Source: Nitrospirota bacterium (GTDB lineage: Bacteria; Nitrospirota; Thermodesulfovibrionia; Thermodesulfovibrionales; JdFR-85). Taken from it: a DNA stretch of 64,000 bases. The position numbers and the translations under genes were made by a program. Of this stretch, positions 1-10,913 are shown piece after piece (position 1 is the stretch's first letter; each line of letters opens with the position of its first letter). A model generated the notes under the pieces. That model was not told the origin of the DNA and searched no databases. It worked only from the letters and a program-made list of their open reading frames with translations. The DNA lies in the NCBI GenBank assembly GCA_015492645.1, contig WGER01000001.1, positions 15,926 through 79,925 on the forward strand, in the 5' to 3' direction.

Positions 1-746
<746 letters not shown>

Positions 747-767
747 GGAACTCTAAAGGAGGAGTTG

Positions 768-1988
768 ATGAATCCTGTGCCTATAAAGGATGTGTTGAAC
801 AAACTCACCATTGAGGACCTGGACCTCAGAGGTAAGAGGGTATTTATAAGGGTGGACTTCAATGTCCCGCTGGACGAACATCTCAACATCACTGATGACA
901 GAAGGGTAAGGGCCGCTCTGCCAACAATTAACTATGCCATTGATGAAGGTGCCATGGTCATTCTGGCATCCCATCTGGGCAGGCCAAAGGGCAAACCAGA
1001 CCCCCGCTACTCCCTGGAACCTGTAGCAAGGAGGCTCCGGAGGTTGCTGAACAAAGATGTCATATTTGTGCCTGACTGTATTGGACCACAGGTAAAAAAC
1101 GTGGTGGAAAAGATGAAACCAGGTGATGTGGTCCTCCTTGAGAACCTGAGGTTTCATCCAGGCGAGACAGAAAACGATGAGAATTTTTCCCGTCAACTCG
1201 CATCCCTGGCTGACTACTATGTAAACGATGCCTTTGGTACTGCCCACAGGGCTCATGCATCTATTGTGGGGGTGCCGAAGTTTCTGCCAGCAGCAGCGGG
1301 TTTCTTGCTGAAGAAAGAGATAGAGTATCTAAAGGGGGTGGTAAATAACCCTGTAAGGCCCTTTGTTGCAATACTCGGTGGTGCAAAGGTATCAGGTAAG
1401 ATAGGAGTGCTGGAGAATCTGGAGTCAAAGGTGGACAAGGTGCTGATCGGGGGTGGAATGGCCTTCACATTTATAAAGTCGATGGGTTACGAGGTTGGCA
1501 AATCCCTGGTTGAACTTGAAATGCTCGATACTGCCAGGAGGATAATGGACAAACTGAAAGAGCAGGGGGTGAGATTCTATCTCCCGGTGGATTGTGTTAT
1601 TGCCCAGAGCCTGGAGCCTGGAGCAGTTGTCAAGATAGTCCCCACTCAGGAGATACCACCTGGCTGGCAGGCGGTGGATATAGGTCCGGCTACGGTGAAA
1701 CTCTTTTCTGAGGCACTTCAGGATGCCAAGACGATACTCTGGAATGGACCAATGGGTATATTTGAGATCGATGCCTTTTCAAGAGGGACCTTCGCAATAG
1801 CAAGGGCGGTGGCTGATGCCTATGCACTTACCATAGTGGGTGGAGGTGATACAGATCTGGCAGTGCACAGGGCGGGTGTCTCTGATAGCATCTCTTTTAT
1901 CTCTACAGGAGGCGGGGCTACCCTCCAACTACTTGAAGGCAAGGAACTGCCAGGGATTGCTGTACTGACAGATAAAAAAACTGAATAA
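768..1988 (+). CDS. pgk: phosphoglycerate kinase
   Basis: [17 protein letters not shown] and GGGDT motifs. AAGGAGG RBS favours ATG 768 over the TTG at 765 used by the ORF track. Confidence 0.95.
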   Translation: MNPVPIKDVLNKLTIEDLDLRGKRVFIRVDFNVPLDEHLNITDDRRVRAALPTINYAIDEGAMVILASHLGRPKGKPDPRYSLEPVARRLRRLLNKDVIFVPDCIGPQVKNVVEKMKPGDVVLLENLRFHPGETENDENFSRQLASLADYYVNDAFGTAHRAHASIVGVPKFLPAAAGFLLKKEIEYLKGVVNNPVRPFVAILGGAKVSGKIGVLENLESKVDKVLIGGGMAFTFIKSMGYEVGKSLVELEMLDTARRIMDKLKEQGVRFYLPVDCVIAQSLEPGAVVKIVPTQEIPPGWQAVDIGPATVKLFSEALQDAKTILWNGPMGIFEIDAFSRGTFAIARAVADAYALTIVGGGDTDLAVHRAGVSDSISFISTGGGATLQLLEGKELPGIAVLTDKKTE

Positions 1989-2323
1989 TGTATGGTTCAC
2001 AGTTAAGGAGGCAGGTAAGGGCCGAGAAGAAGAAGACAAGGGTGGTCATTTTCACCTTTCTCCTGCTGTTGATCCTCTATTTAATCACCTCGATGGTCTT
2101 CGGCGAAAATGGACTCCTTAAGTATCTCAAGTTGAAGCAGAAGAAGGCGGAGATGCTCTCCTATATCAAGACCCTGCAACAGGAGAATACCAAGTTGAAG
2201 GAAGAGGTTAGTCAGTTGAGGTCAGATCCCTTTTACATTGAAAAGAGGGCACGAGAGGAGTTGAACCTCTCAAGACCGGATGAATATATCTTCTTTTTTG
2301 ATGATGGATCCGGAAGGCCGTAG
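1988..2323 (+). CDS. ftsB: septum formation initiator family protein (FtsB/DivIC-like)
   Basis: Single N-terminal TM followed by a coiled coil and the ...DPFYIEKRAREELNL... motif. TAATG overlap with pgk. Confidence 0.7.
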   Translation: MYGSQLRRQVRAEKKKTRVVIFTFLLLLILYLITSMVFGENGLLKYLKLKQKKAEMLSYIKTLQQENTKLKEEVSQLRSDPFYIEKRAREELNLSRPDEYIFFFDDGSGRP

Positions 2324-2447
2324 TCCCCTTTAAAGGTATGGAGGGTTGACTTTTTTGTGCTATATATAAATAAAATTAACAAGACCTCCAGGTCCCGGGA
2401 GAAGGGAAATACTCTCCGGGGTCTAAAAAGAACGAAAGAGGTGTGTT

Positions 2448-3374
2448 ATGAGTAAGAAACTCTTTTTGGCAGATGATAGCGTAACCATCCAGAAGGTGGT
2501 TGAACTGATCCTTGCAGATGAGGGCTTTGATGTGAGGGTCTTCTCAAATGGTGAGGAAGCCTGGAATGCGATGAGACAGGAACGTCCTGATATTGTCCTT
2601 GCAGATATAGAGATGCCCGGCATGAATGGCTATCAACTCTGTGAAAGGATTAAGGCAGATACGGAGTTGAGTGATATACCTGTGGTACTCCTTGCCGGTG
2701 CCTTCGAACCCATTGATGAGGAACTGGCAAGGGATGTCAAGGCAGATGATTATATTGTGAAGCCTTTTGAGAGTGAGGAACTCATCAGCAAGATCAATGC
2801 ACTCCTCACAGAGAAGGGGGAGTTTGTTGAGGTGGCAGAGGCAGAGGAAGCAGAACCAGAAGTGGCAGTGGAGGCGGAAGAAGAGGCCCCAGAGGGAGTC
2901 TTTGCCTTTGAGGAGGAGAGCGAAGTGGAGGCCCTGGATATTACAGAAGAGGTACCAACAGCAGAAACAGGAATGGAAGAGGTTATGACCAGTGAAGAGG
3001 AGGCCCCTCCTGAAGAGGTTACCCCTGAGGTAAAAAGAACAGAGGCGCCTGAGACAGCCATGCCTTCTGTCTCGGAGGATGCCTTAATGCAGACCCTTTC
3101 GTCTCTGCTTGATGAAAAGGTAAAGGAACTGTTTAACAACATAGACGCAGAGACCCTGGTGAGCCAATCCCTCGACAGGGTGATCGGACCTCAACTTGAA
3201 AAGGTCTTTACAGAGAAGGTCTCTCCTGCGGTTGAGGAGTCAATAAAGAAGACAGTAGAGGAACTGACTGCTAATTTCAAAAAAGAGATAGAAAGGATAA
3301 TATGGGAGACTGTACCTGATCTGGCCGAGACAATAATTACCAAGGAGATTGAGAGGATAAAATCGACCTTTTAG
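2448..3374 (+). CDS. response regulator receiver protein with Glu-rich linker and uncharacterised C-terminal domain
   Basis: CheY-like REC (DD...D...KPF) in the first ~120 aa, then a ~80 aa acidic low-complexity stretch and a ~100 aa C-terminal domain with no recognisable output motif. Confidence 0.8.
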   Translation: MSKKLFLADDSVTIQKVVELILADEGFDVRVFSNGEEAWNAMRQERPDIVLADIEMPGMNGYQLCERIKADTELSDIPVVLLAGAFEPIDEELARDVKADDYIVKPFESEELISKINALLTEKGEFVEVAEAEEAEPEVAVEAEEEAPEGVFAFEEESEVEALDITEEVPTAETGMEEVMTSEEEAPPEEVTPEVKRTEAPETAMPSVSEDALMQTLSSLLDEKVKELFNNIDAETLVSQSLDRVIGPQLEKVFTEKVSPAVEESIKKTVEELTANFKKEIERIIWETVPDLAETIITKEIERIKSTF

Positions 3375-3466
3375 GTCTTCAACAGAGTCTTCTTGATTTA
3401 TGAGCCCTTCCCTGACAAACCATATTCGGTTTGTCTTTTGTAAAATAGTTTAGAGGAGCCTGAGTT

Positions 3467-6334
3467 ATGAGACAACTGCCCAGAAGTTACAATCACTCTG
3501 AAGAGATGAGATGGTACGAGATGTGGGAAAGGGAGGGGTATTTCAGGCCAGAAATCAATCCTGAAGGCAGACCATACTGCATTGTGATCCCCCCTCCTAA
3601 TGTGACAGGTTCTCTGCATATGGGGCATGCCCTGAATGTGACACTGCAGGATATACTCATCCGATGGAAGAGGATGCAGGGTTACAGGGCCCTGTGGCTT
3701 CCTGGAACTGACCATGCAGGAATTGCAACCCAGAATGTGGTGGAGAGGGAGATAGCAAAGGAGGGGCTTGATAGATACACCCTTGGCAGGGAAGAATTCA
3801 TCAGGAGGGTGTGGCAATGGAAGGAGGAGTATGGTAACAGGATCATAAACCAGTTGAAGAGAATCGGTGCCTCCTGTGACTGGCAGAGGCAGAGGTTCAC
3901 CTTAGATGAGGGTCTTTCAAGGGCGGTGAGGGAGGTCTTTGTGAGGCTCTTTGAGGAGGGCCTCATCTACCGTGACCTGAGGCTTATAAACTGGTGCCCG
4001 AGGTGTCATACCGCCCTGAGTGACCTTGAGGTGGAACATGAGGAAGTGGAGGGGAGACTCACCTTTATCAGATATCCCTTTAAAGATGGTGAAGGTTACG
4101 TGGTTGTGGCAACAACCAGACCAGAGACGATGCTTGGTGATGTGGCTGTTGCCGTTCATCCAGAGGACCCGAGATACCAGAGTATAATAGGAAGGGTCCT
4201 GACCCTCCCACTCACAGAGAGAGAGATACCGGTAATAGGCGATGAAGGAGTTGACCCTGAGTTTGGTACAGGGGCTGTCAAGGTTACCCCGGCCCATGAT
4301 TTTTCTGATGAGGCGATAGCAAAAAGACAGTCACCACCTCTGCCTTTTATAACAGTGATAGACGAAAATGGAAGGATGACAGAGGCAGCAGGTAAGAGGT
4401 ATGCAGGCCTTGATAGATACGAATGCAGAAAGAGGGTGGTACAGGACCTGAAGGAACTGGGTCTGATCGAGAAAGAACAGCGGTACACCCATTCAGTAGG
4501 CCATTGCTACAGGTGTAAGACAGTTATAGAGCCCTTGCTCACGATCCAGTGGTACCTGAATGTGAAGGGGATGGCAAAGGAGGCCATCAGGGCGGTCAGG
4601 GACGGGAGGATAAGGATAATCCCTGAGGGCTGGGCAAACAGTTTCTATGCCTGGATGGAGGATATAAGGGACTGGTGTATATCCCGTCAGATCTGGTGGG
4701 GGCATCAGATACCTGTCTGGTATTGTCCCTATTGCAAGACACCGGAAGGTGTGCATCAGGGTGACCTTATCCATATCACCTTTTACAGGCCGGTAGAGAT
4801 TGATGGAGAGAAGGTACAAGGAGGCAGTTACACCGAGTTGAGGTTAAGGGGCATCCCTGCAGCCGAGATTATGAAGTATGCCAACAGGGTGAGGGTGGAT
4901 CCTTCTGTGAGGCCCCTCTGCAGCAGGGAGGACCTCCAGAGGTGTCCGCACTGTGACAGCCCGGAACTCTTCAGAGATCCAGATGTGCTTGATACATGGT
5001 TTTCCTCAGCACTCTGGCCCTTTTCCACTCTTGGTTGGCCTGAACAGACTGAAGACCTCAGGACCTTTTACCCCACCGATGTCCTGGTTACCGGTTTTGA
5101 TATCCTCTTTTTCTGGGTCGCAAGAATGATTATGATGGGACTGAAGTTTATGAAGGATGTGCCCTTCAGGGATGTCTATATACACGCCCTGGTCAGGGAT
5201 GCAGAGGGGCAGAAGATGAGCAAATCGAGGGGGAATGTGATAGACCCCCTTGTAATGATCGACCGATATGGCACAGATGCCTTCAGGTTCACCCTTACGG
5301 CCTTTGCAGCCCAGGGCAGAGACATCAGGTTCTCTGAGGAGAGGGTGGAGGGGTATAAGAACTTCATAAATAAACTCTGGAACGCCTCTAAGTATATCCT
5401 GATGAATATCAAAGAGGGGGAGGAGACAGAGGTCCTGAATTACAGGGCCTGGAAAGAGTCGCTCGATCTACCCGGCAGGTGGATACTCAGCAGGCTCAAC
5501 AGGACAACCCAGAAGATGCACACAGCCCTAACAGAATATAAGTTCAATGAGGCGGCCAGTGCCATCTATCAGTTTATATGGCACGAATTCTGTGACTGGT
5601 ATATAGAGTTTTCCAAGCCTGTAATATACAGTTCTAAAAAAGGCCCATCTCCGAATAAGAGATTCTCTGAAGGACTGAGAAGGGCAACCCAGAGGTGCCT
5701 TCTCCATGTGCTGGATGTCTCACTGAGACTCCTGCATCCATTTATGCCATTTGTAACTGAAGAACTGTGGGGTTATCTGCCAGGTAGAAGGGAGAGCATA
5801 ATGCTTGCCGAGTACCCACTCTTTGAAGAGGTTGATCATGAGGCAGAAAGGAGGATGTCTGTCGTTATGGAGGCTGTTGGGGGGATAAGGAGTGTGCGTG
5901 GTGAGTTAAACATATCTCCTTCGGCACCACTCAATGCGATAATTAAACCCTATAACTCTGTCACAGAGGAGGTCCTGAGGGATAATATTGAGTATATCAA
6001 GAGGCTTGCTCATGTGGGGGACCTAACAATTGACCCGGATGCAGAGAGGTCAAGGGGGATGGCCCTCGAGGTGAGAGAATCCTTAGAGATATACATTCCT
6101 CTGGAGGGGCTACTCGATGTGGATACAGAGTTGAGGCGTCTTGAGAAGGACCTAAGAAAGGTGGAGGATACGCTATCCTTTCTGGACAGAAAACTGCTCA
6201 ATGAGGATTTTATAAGGAAGGCTCCCAAGGAGGTTGTAGAAAAGGAGCGGATGCGATATAATGAATTTATGCAGAAGAAACAGCGCCTCCTTGACAGCAT
6301 CAACAAACTCGAGGAGGTGAGAGGTGGTTCATGA
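3467..6334 (+). CDS. valS: valine--tRNA ligase
   Basis: 955 aa. HIGH-type (SLHMGHAL) and KMSKS motifs and a C-terminal coiled coil. GAGGAG RBS. Confidence 0.95.
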   Translation: MRQLPRSYNHSEEMRWYEMWEREGYFRPEINPEGRPYCIVIPPPNVTGSLHMGHALNVTLQDILIRWKRMQGYRALWLPGTDHAGIATQNVVEREIAKEGLDRYTLGREEFIRRVWQWKEEYGNRIINQLKRIGASCDWQRQRFTLDEGLSRAVREVFVRLFEEGLIYRDLRLINWCPRCHTALSDLEVEHEEVEGRLTFIRYPFKDGEGYVVVATTRPETMLGDVAVAVHPEDPRYQSIIGRVLTLPLTEREIPVIGDEGVDPEFGTGAVKVTPAHDFSDEAIAKRQSPPLPFITVIDENGRMTEAAGKRYAGLDRYECRKRVVQDLKELGLIEKEQRYTHSVGHCYRCKTVIEPLLTIQWYLNVKGMAKEAIRAVRDGRIRIIPEGWANSFYAWMEDIRDWCISRQIWWGHQIPVWYCPYCKTPEGVHQGDLIHITFYRPVEIDGEKVQGGSYTELRLRGIPAAEIMKYANRVRVDPSVRPLCSREDLQRCPHCDSPELFRDPDVLDTWFSSALWPFSTLGWPEQTEDLRTFYPTDVLVTGFDILFFWVARMIMMGLKFMKDVPFRDVYIHALVRDAEGQKMSKSRGNVIDPLVMIDRYGTDAFRFTLTAFAAQGRDIRFSEERVEGYKNFINKLWNASKYILMNIKEGEETEVLNYRAWKESLDLPGRWILSRLNRTTQKMHTALTEYKFNEAASAIYQFIWHEFCDWYIEFSKPVIYSSKKGPSPNKRFSEGLRRATQRCLLHVLDVSLRLLHPFMPFVTEELWGYLPGRRESIMLAEYPLFEEVDHEAERRMSVVMEAVGGIRSVRGELNISPSAPLNAIIKPYNSVTEEVLRDNIEYIKRLAHVGDLTIDPDAERSRGMALEVRESLEIYIPLEGLLDVDTELRRLEKDLRKVEDTLSFLDRKLLNEDFIRKAPKEVVEKERMRYNEFMQKKQRLLDSINKLEEVRGGS

Positions 6335-6801
6335 GTGAAGATGTGGAAAAGAAGGACCTTGGGTATGTGGATGCCGATTTTGTAAATGTCTCACAGAGCA
6401 CGATCCGATCAGTAGAGGGTGGACATGTCCAGTTGCAACAGGTAGGTGCCCTCAGTGTAGATGGTGAAAGGGTTGAGATGACACAGTCAGCCACATTTAT
6501 CAACCGGGCCAACCATGTGGAATCCAACCAGGGATTAACGGGAATCACAGTGGCAGAAAGCATCACACTCAATTCCTCCATGGCAGCAGGTGTATTCAGT
6601 TCTTCCAGGTCTGAGGTGAACAACAGTCTCAGCCTTATAATGGCCGCCAATAACCTCAAGTCTGAACAGACCAAGACCCTGTTCCTCCTGGCAAAACAGG
6701 TGGATGGAGAGATACAGACCCTGTTTGATTGGAAGTCTATACTATCCCTTGGTGCGATTCTGGGCGGTCTCTTCGGCCTCTTTTCACTCCTGAAGCGATG
6801 A
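6331..6801 (+). CDS. hypothetical protein, repetitive beta-rich region plus C-terminal TM anchor
   Basis: ATGA overlap with the valS stop. C-terminal hydrophobic helix (ILSLGAILGGLFGLFSLL). No family recognised. Confidence 0.5.
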   Translation: MSEDVEKKDLGYVDADFVNVSQSTIRSVEGGHVQLQQVGALSVDGERVEMTQSATFINRANHVESNQGLTGITVAESITLNSSMAAGVFSSSRSEVNNSLSLIMAANNLKSEQTKTLFLLAKQVDGEIQTLFDWKSILSLGAILGGLFGLFSLLKR

Positions 6802-6804
6802 ACA

Positions 6805-7644
6805 ATGAACCCCTTTGTAGTAAAGGAACTCATAAGGAGGGCCTTAGAGGAAGATATAGGGCCTGCAGATATCACCACCCTCTCCTGTGTTCCTGAAGGA
6901 CATCTGTCAAAGGCGATAATCCTTGCGAAGGAGTCTTTTGTACTGGCTGGTCTGGATGTGGCCAGGGAGGCATTCCTGCAGTTTGATTCCTCACTGGTAT
7001 TTAAAAAGGGATGTAAAGATGGTGAAGTGGTCTCAGAGGGACAGGCTATTGCATCAGTTGAGGGCAACACCCGCTCAATACTGACGGTAGAAAGGACCGC
7101 CCTGAACTTTCTGCAGAAACTATCAGGTATCGCCACTCTAACACGGCGGTTCGTGGAGCAGACCCAGGGGACGGGTGCTACGGTCCTGGACACGAGGAAG
7201 ACCACCCCCACCCTCAGGATACTCGAAAAGTATGCTGTCAGTGTAGGAGGAGGCAGCAACCACCGATTCGGACTCTATGACGGGATACTGATAAAGGACA
7301 ACCATATAAGGGCAGCAGGGGGTGTAAGGGAGGCGATAAGGAGGGTGAAGGCCCATGCATCAGGGATGCTGAAGATCGAGGTGGAGGTGAACAGCCTTGA
7401 GGAACTGAGGGAGGCATTAAAGGAGTCTCCTCACATAGTGATGCTGGACAACATGCCGATTGAAGATGTCCGTAAGGCGGTGGAGTTAGTAAGACAGATT
7501 GCCCCCCAAACAGAGATAGAGGTCTCTGGGGGGGTGAGTCTTGAAACCGTGGGGGAGATCGCCCGTGCGGGTGTGGACTACATCTCCATAGGTGCCTTGA
7601 CCCACTCCGCAAGGGCAGTGGACATCTCCCTTGAGATCTTATAA
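6805..7644 (+). CDS. nadC: nicotinate-nucleotide diphosphorylase (carboxylating)
   Basis: 279 aa. ERTALNFLQ..SGIAT and LDTRKTTP motifs typical of NadC. Confidence 0.9.
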   Translation: MNPFVVKELIRRALEEDIGPADITTLSCVPEGHLSKAIILAKESFVLAGLDVAREAFLQFDSSLVFKKGCKDGEVVSEGQAIASVEGNTRSILTVERTALNFLQKLSGIATLTRRFVEQTQGTGATVLDTRKTTPTLRILEKYAVSVGGGSNHRFGLYDGILIKDNHIRAAGGVREAIRRVKAHASGMLKIEVEVNSLEELREALKESPHIVMLDNMPIEDVRKAVELVRQIAPQTEIEVSGGVSLETVGEIARAGVDYISIGALTHSARAVDISLEIL

Positions 7645-7653
7645 GGAGGTCAT

Positions 7654-8502
7654 ATGGCTGAAGAGGGATATCCAGAGATACCACCAAACAGGGAGGATGA
7701 CCTTCATAATATCCAGTATATGGAGGATGCCCAACTTGTGCTGTTTATGGCCGGGAACCAGTTTATGGTGATGGAAGAACTCCTTGAGGCATTTCAGCGG
7801 AGACATCCAGAAGTGGAGAGGATATTTTACGAGACCCTACCACCCGGCCTGGAACTGAAACAGATACTGGCAGGTGGTGCACTCTTCCGAGGAAGACTGA
7901 TTACAGGGAGACCTGATGTGTATACCTCTGTCACTGAAGAGGCGATGATTGAACTCAAAAATCGTGGAATTATAAGGGAGTACTTTCCCTATCTGCATAA
8001 CAGGATTGTGTTACTTGTTCCGGAGGGGAATCCTGCAAATATAAGAGGTGTTCTGGACCTCGGAAGGGACGATGTGAGGGTATCGCAGCCCGGGGCAATG
8101 GAGAATATCACTCATTACATCCTGGACATGTATGAGAAGGCAGGGGGACAGAAGTTCGTCAGGAGGATAATGGAAGAAAAGAGGGCGGAGGGAACGACTG
8201 TGTTCACCATTGTTCATCACAGAGAGACACCATTGAGGTTAAAGAAGGGGACTGTGGATGTAGGGCCTGTGTGGGCCACAGAGGCCCAGTATGCGAGACA
8301 GAAGGGGTTGCCCGTGGAGGTGGTAGAACCGGGTGAGGACCTTGATCAGAGAGACAGGGTAACCTATTATATCGCATCACTTCTGGATGCCCCGAATCCT
8401 GAGAATGCCAGAAAGTTTGTTGAGTTCATACTATCCGGAGAGGCCCAGGAGATCTATAAGAGATACGGCTTTGTCCCCCATACAGGAAGAAGAGATGCCT
8501 GA
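7654..8502 (+). CDS. molybdate/tungstate-binding-protein-like (ModA/PBP2-fold) protein without signal peptide
   Basis: Periplasmic-binding-protein type 2 pattern (LVLFMAGNQF..., ...RVSQPG..., FILSGEAQEIYKRYGF). The N-terminus is hydrophilic with no export signal. Confidence 0.55.
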   Translation: MAEEGYPEIPPNREDDLHNIQYMEDAQLVLFMAGNQFMVMEELLEAFQRRHPEVERIFYETLPPGLELKQILAGGALFRGRLITGRPDVYTSVTEEAMIELKNRGIIREYFPYLHNRIVLLVPEGNPANIRGVLDLGRDDVRVSQPGAMENITHYILDMYEKAGGQKFVRRIMEEKRAEGTTVFTIVHHRETPLRLKKGTVDVGPVWATEAQYARQKGLPVEVVEPGEDLDQRDRVTYYIASLLDAPNPENARKFVEFILSGEAQEIYKRYGFVPHTGRRDA

Positions 8503-9667
8503 AAAGAATCTGATCCCGATCTGCTCCTGGTGCAAGAAGATAAGAACAGATACAGACTGCTGGGAGAGCATTGAGGTCTATCTCACAAAGGCTGGTTTCG
8601 GTGTCTTTACCCACGGTATGTGTCCTGCCTGCGCAGAGAGGATATTCAAAAAGAGGGTCTACTTGGAGAGCTACCAGGGTATATGCAAGGCGATAAGTTC
8701 CAGCATCTCCCTACAGGAGGTCCTGAATCTCATCGTCACCAATGTTGTTAAGGTGATGAATGTGAAGGCGAGCATGATCAGGCTCCTGAATAAAGAGACG
8801 AACCGGCTGGAGGTGGTTGCCCATTATGGGTTGAGTAGAGAGTATGTGAATAAGGGACCTGTGGAGTCTGATGCGAGTGTCGAGGATGCCCTGCAGGGGA
8901 AGGCGGTCTCTGTATATGATATCAGGAGGGATAAAAAGGCACGCTACAGACAGGAGGCGATAAGGGAAGGGATAAGGAGTATACTCTCTGTACCACTGAG
9001 GGTGAAAAACGAGGTGATAGGGATCCTCAGGATGTATACATCTGAGCCTGTAAATTACACTGAAGAGGATCTGAAGTTTATAACCGCCATAGCAGAACAG
9101 GCAGCAATTGCCATCAATAATGCCAGGATCTTTGAATCGAGAATAACACAGGAGAGGGAGTATCTCAGGATGTTTGAAGAAGTGACAAAGACAGTCAGTT
9201 CAACACTTGATCTGAGGGAGGTCCTCGACCTTATAGTTCGGAAACTGCCAGAGGTGATGGGGCTGAGGGCAGCCACCATAAGGCTTCTGGATGAGAGTGG
9301 AAAGCGGTTACACCTGGTTGCTGCACATGGCCTGAGCGATAGATACCTCAGCCGTGGACCGGTAGATGAGGAGGTGAATGTACAGGAGGCCCTCAGATTA
9401 AAACCCGTGGCGATATATGATGTGGCAAGGGACAGCAGGGTCCTCTACCAGAGACAGATGGAGGAAGAGGGGATAAAGAGTATGCTTACTCTGCCGATCC
9501 TTGCAAAGGGGAGACTGCTCGGGGTGCTGAGGCTCCTGTCCGGGGTACCGAGGCACTTCACCACAGATGAAGTCAACTTCGCAATGTCTCTGGCAGAGGT
9601 CTGTGGTATAGCAATAGAGAATGCAAGGATGTATGAGATGCTTAAATCGACAAGAAGGACTGCCTGA
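8495..9667 (+). CDS. zinc-ribbon (CxxC...CxxC) plus tandem GAF domain protein
   Basis: Start moved to the internal ATG 8495 (8-nt overlap with the upstream stop). N-terminal ICSWCKKIR...HGMCPAC motif followed by two GAF-like repeats. Confidence 0.7.
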   Translation: MPEKNLIPICSWCKKIRTDTDCWESIEVYLTKAGFGVFTHGMCPACAERIFKKRVYLESYQGICKAISSSISLQEVLNLIVTNVVKVMNVKASMIRLLNKETNRLEVVAHYGLSREYVNKGPVESDASVEDALQGKAVSVYDIRRDKKARYRQEAIREGIRSILSVPLRVKNEVIGILRMYTSEPVNYTEEDLKFITAIAEQAAIAINNARIFESRITQEREYLRMFEEVTKTVSSTLDLREVLDLIVRKLPEVMGLRAATIRLLDESGKRLHLVAAHGLSDRYLSRGPVDEEVNVQEALRLKPVAIYDVARDSRVLYQRQMEEEGIKSMLTLPILAKGRLLGVLRLLSGVPRHFTTDEVNFAMSLAEVCGIAIENARMYEMLKSTRRTA

Positions 9668-10053
9668 TGGGCACACCCCTGAAGATCCTCATCACTGTTA
9701 TCAATTACTCCCATGACATTGCAACGGCTATGCTCGGAATAACCTCCATCTGTATGTATTTCATCTATCGTTACTACAGGAATGCCGAGACACCGGAGTC
9801 AATAAGGTCCTTTCTACTTCTTTACTCCAGGCTGACAAGATTGGCCATTGTCTCACTTATATGGTTACTCTTGGCAGGTGTACCGAGGGTGATCTTTTAC
9901 AGAGAGATGGAATGGTCTGTACAGGCCGGTAGTGTCCAGATTTATGCAATAGGAATAAAGCATCTCTTCATGTTCTTTCTTGTGGGCACAGGAGTCCTCC
10001 ACTGGAGGAGACTCTCGAGTAAGGTGAGAGAATTGAAAAGGGGGTTACAGTAG
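9667..10053 (+). CDS. hypothetical integral membrane protein (about 4 TM)
   Basis: ATGA-type overlap with the upstream gene. Four hydrophobic segments. Confidence 0.5.
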   Translation: MGTPLKILITVINYSHDIATAMLGITSICMYFIYRYYRNAETPESIRSFLLLYSRLTRLAIVSLIWLLLAGVPRVIFYREMEWSVQAGSVQIYAIGIKHLFMFFLVGTGVLHWRRLSSKVRELKRGLQ

Positions 10054-10428
10054 ATGTTACCCTTCCATCCACCGGTCAGGAGGGAGAAGATAGAGGAACT
10101 TATCAGAAGGATGCAGGCCCTCGGTATAAAGGAAGAGGATCTCTTGGAGAGGTTTGTAAGGAGTTCTGGCCACGGGGGACAGAAGTTGAACAAGACCTCT
10201 ACCTGTGTATATCTGAAACACATTCCAACTTCTGTTGAGGTGAAGTGTCAGAAGACGAGGAGTCAGGTGATGAACAGGTTTCTTGCAAGGCGTATACTCG
10301 TTGAGAAGATAGAGGCCCTGAGGAACGGTCTTGAGAGTCCTGAAATGAAAAGGATAAGGAAGATCAGAAAGCAGAAATTAAAACGGAAGAAGAGGGCAAG
10401 GGCGAAGGTAGAATCGAGAGGTTCTTGA
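10054..10428 (+). CDS. RF-1 domain (GGQ) peptidyl-tRNA hydrolase-like protein with basic tail
   Basis: SGHGGQKLNKTST motif (class I release factor/ArfB-type GGQ) and a Lys/Arg-rich C-terminus. Confidence 0.7.
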   Translation: MLPFHPPVRREKIEELIRRMQALGIKEEDLLERFVRSSGHGGQKLNKTSTCVYLKHIPTSVEVKCQKTRSQVMNRFLARRILVEKIEALRNGLESPEMKRIRKIRKQKLKRKKRARAKVESRGS

Positions 10429-10445
10429 GTTTTGGTCTTCTCACC

Positions 10446-10454
10446 TGTTAAATT
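10446..10454 (+). promoter_or_regulatory. extended -10 box TGTTAAATT, 5 nt upstream of ATG 10460 (leaderless candidate)
   Basis: Read directly. No Shine-Dalgarno between box and ATG. Confidence 0.4.
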
Positions 10455-10459
10455 ATTGC

Positions 10460-10888
10460 ATGATAAGGATAGGTGTGGTTGATGGCCAGGGAGGCGGGGT
10501 TGGTAGCCTCATAGTGAAGAAACTGAGAGAGACCTTTGGGGATGATATAGAGATATATGCACTCGGTACAAACTCTGCTGCTACAGTGGCAATGATGAAG
10601 GCAAGGGCAAATAAGGGGGCAACTGGCGAGAATGCGATAATGCTAAATGCTGAGAGGATGGACGTCATAATCGGCCCTTTAAGTGTGGTCCTTGCCAATG
10701 CAATGCTCGGGGAATTGACCCCTGGGATGGCTGAGGCGATCGCCACCTCACCTGCGAGGAAGATCCTCTTGCCAATCAGTCAGGAAGAGGTGGAGGTAAT
10801 CGGAGTGGTCAGAGAGCCCCTGCCCCACCTTGTTGACAAATTGATAGAGAGGGTGAAGGAGGTTGTTGGTCAAAAGTTGAGAAGTTGA
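10460..10888 (+). CDS. DUF3842-family protein
   Basis: N-terminal MIRIGVVDGQGGGVG and GTNSAAT motifs as remembered for DUF3842. Confidence 0.55.
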   Translation: MIRIGVVDGQGGGVGSLIVKKLRETFGDDIEIYALGTNSAATVAMMKARANKGATGENAIMLNAERMDVIIGPLSVVLANAMLGELTPGMAEAIATSPARKILLPISQEEVEVIGVVREPLPHLVDKLIERVKEVVGQKLRS

Positions 10889-10913
10889 GTTATAATTGAA
10901 AGAGGAGACGGCC

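Noticed and set aside
2750-3142. Alternative-frame and antisense ORFs (130 aa and 73 aa) inside the response-regulator gene
   Set aside because: They arise from the GAG/GAA-rich acidic tract as compositional artefacts. The REC-containing frame is continuous and has an RBS.
6300-7259. 319-aa ORF on the minus strand
   Set aside because: It lies entirely antisense to the well-supported hypothetical/nadC genes. Its composition is Ser/Arg/Pro-rich, typical of a shadow ORF, and it has no RBS or recognisable motifs.
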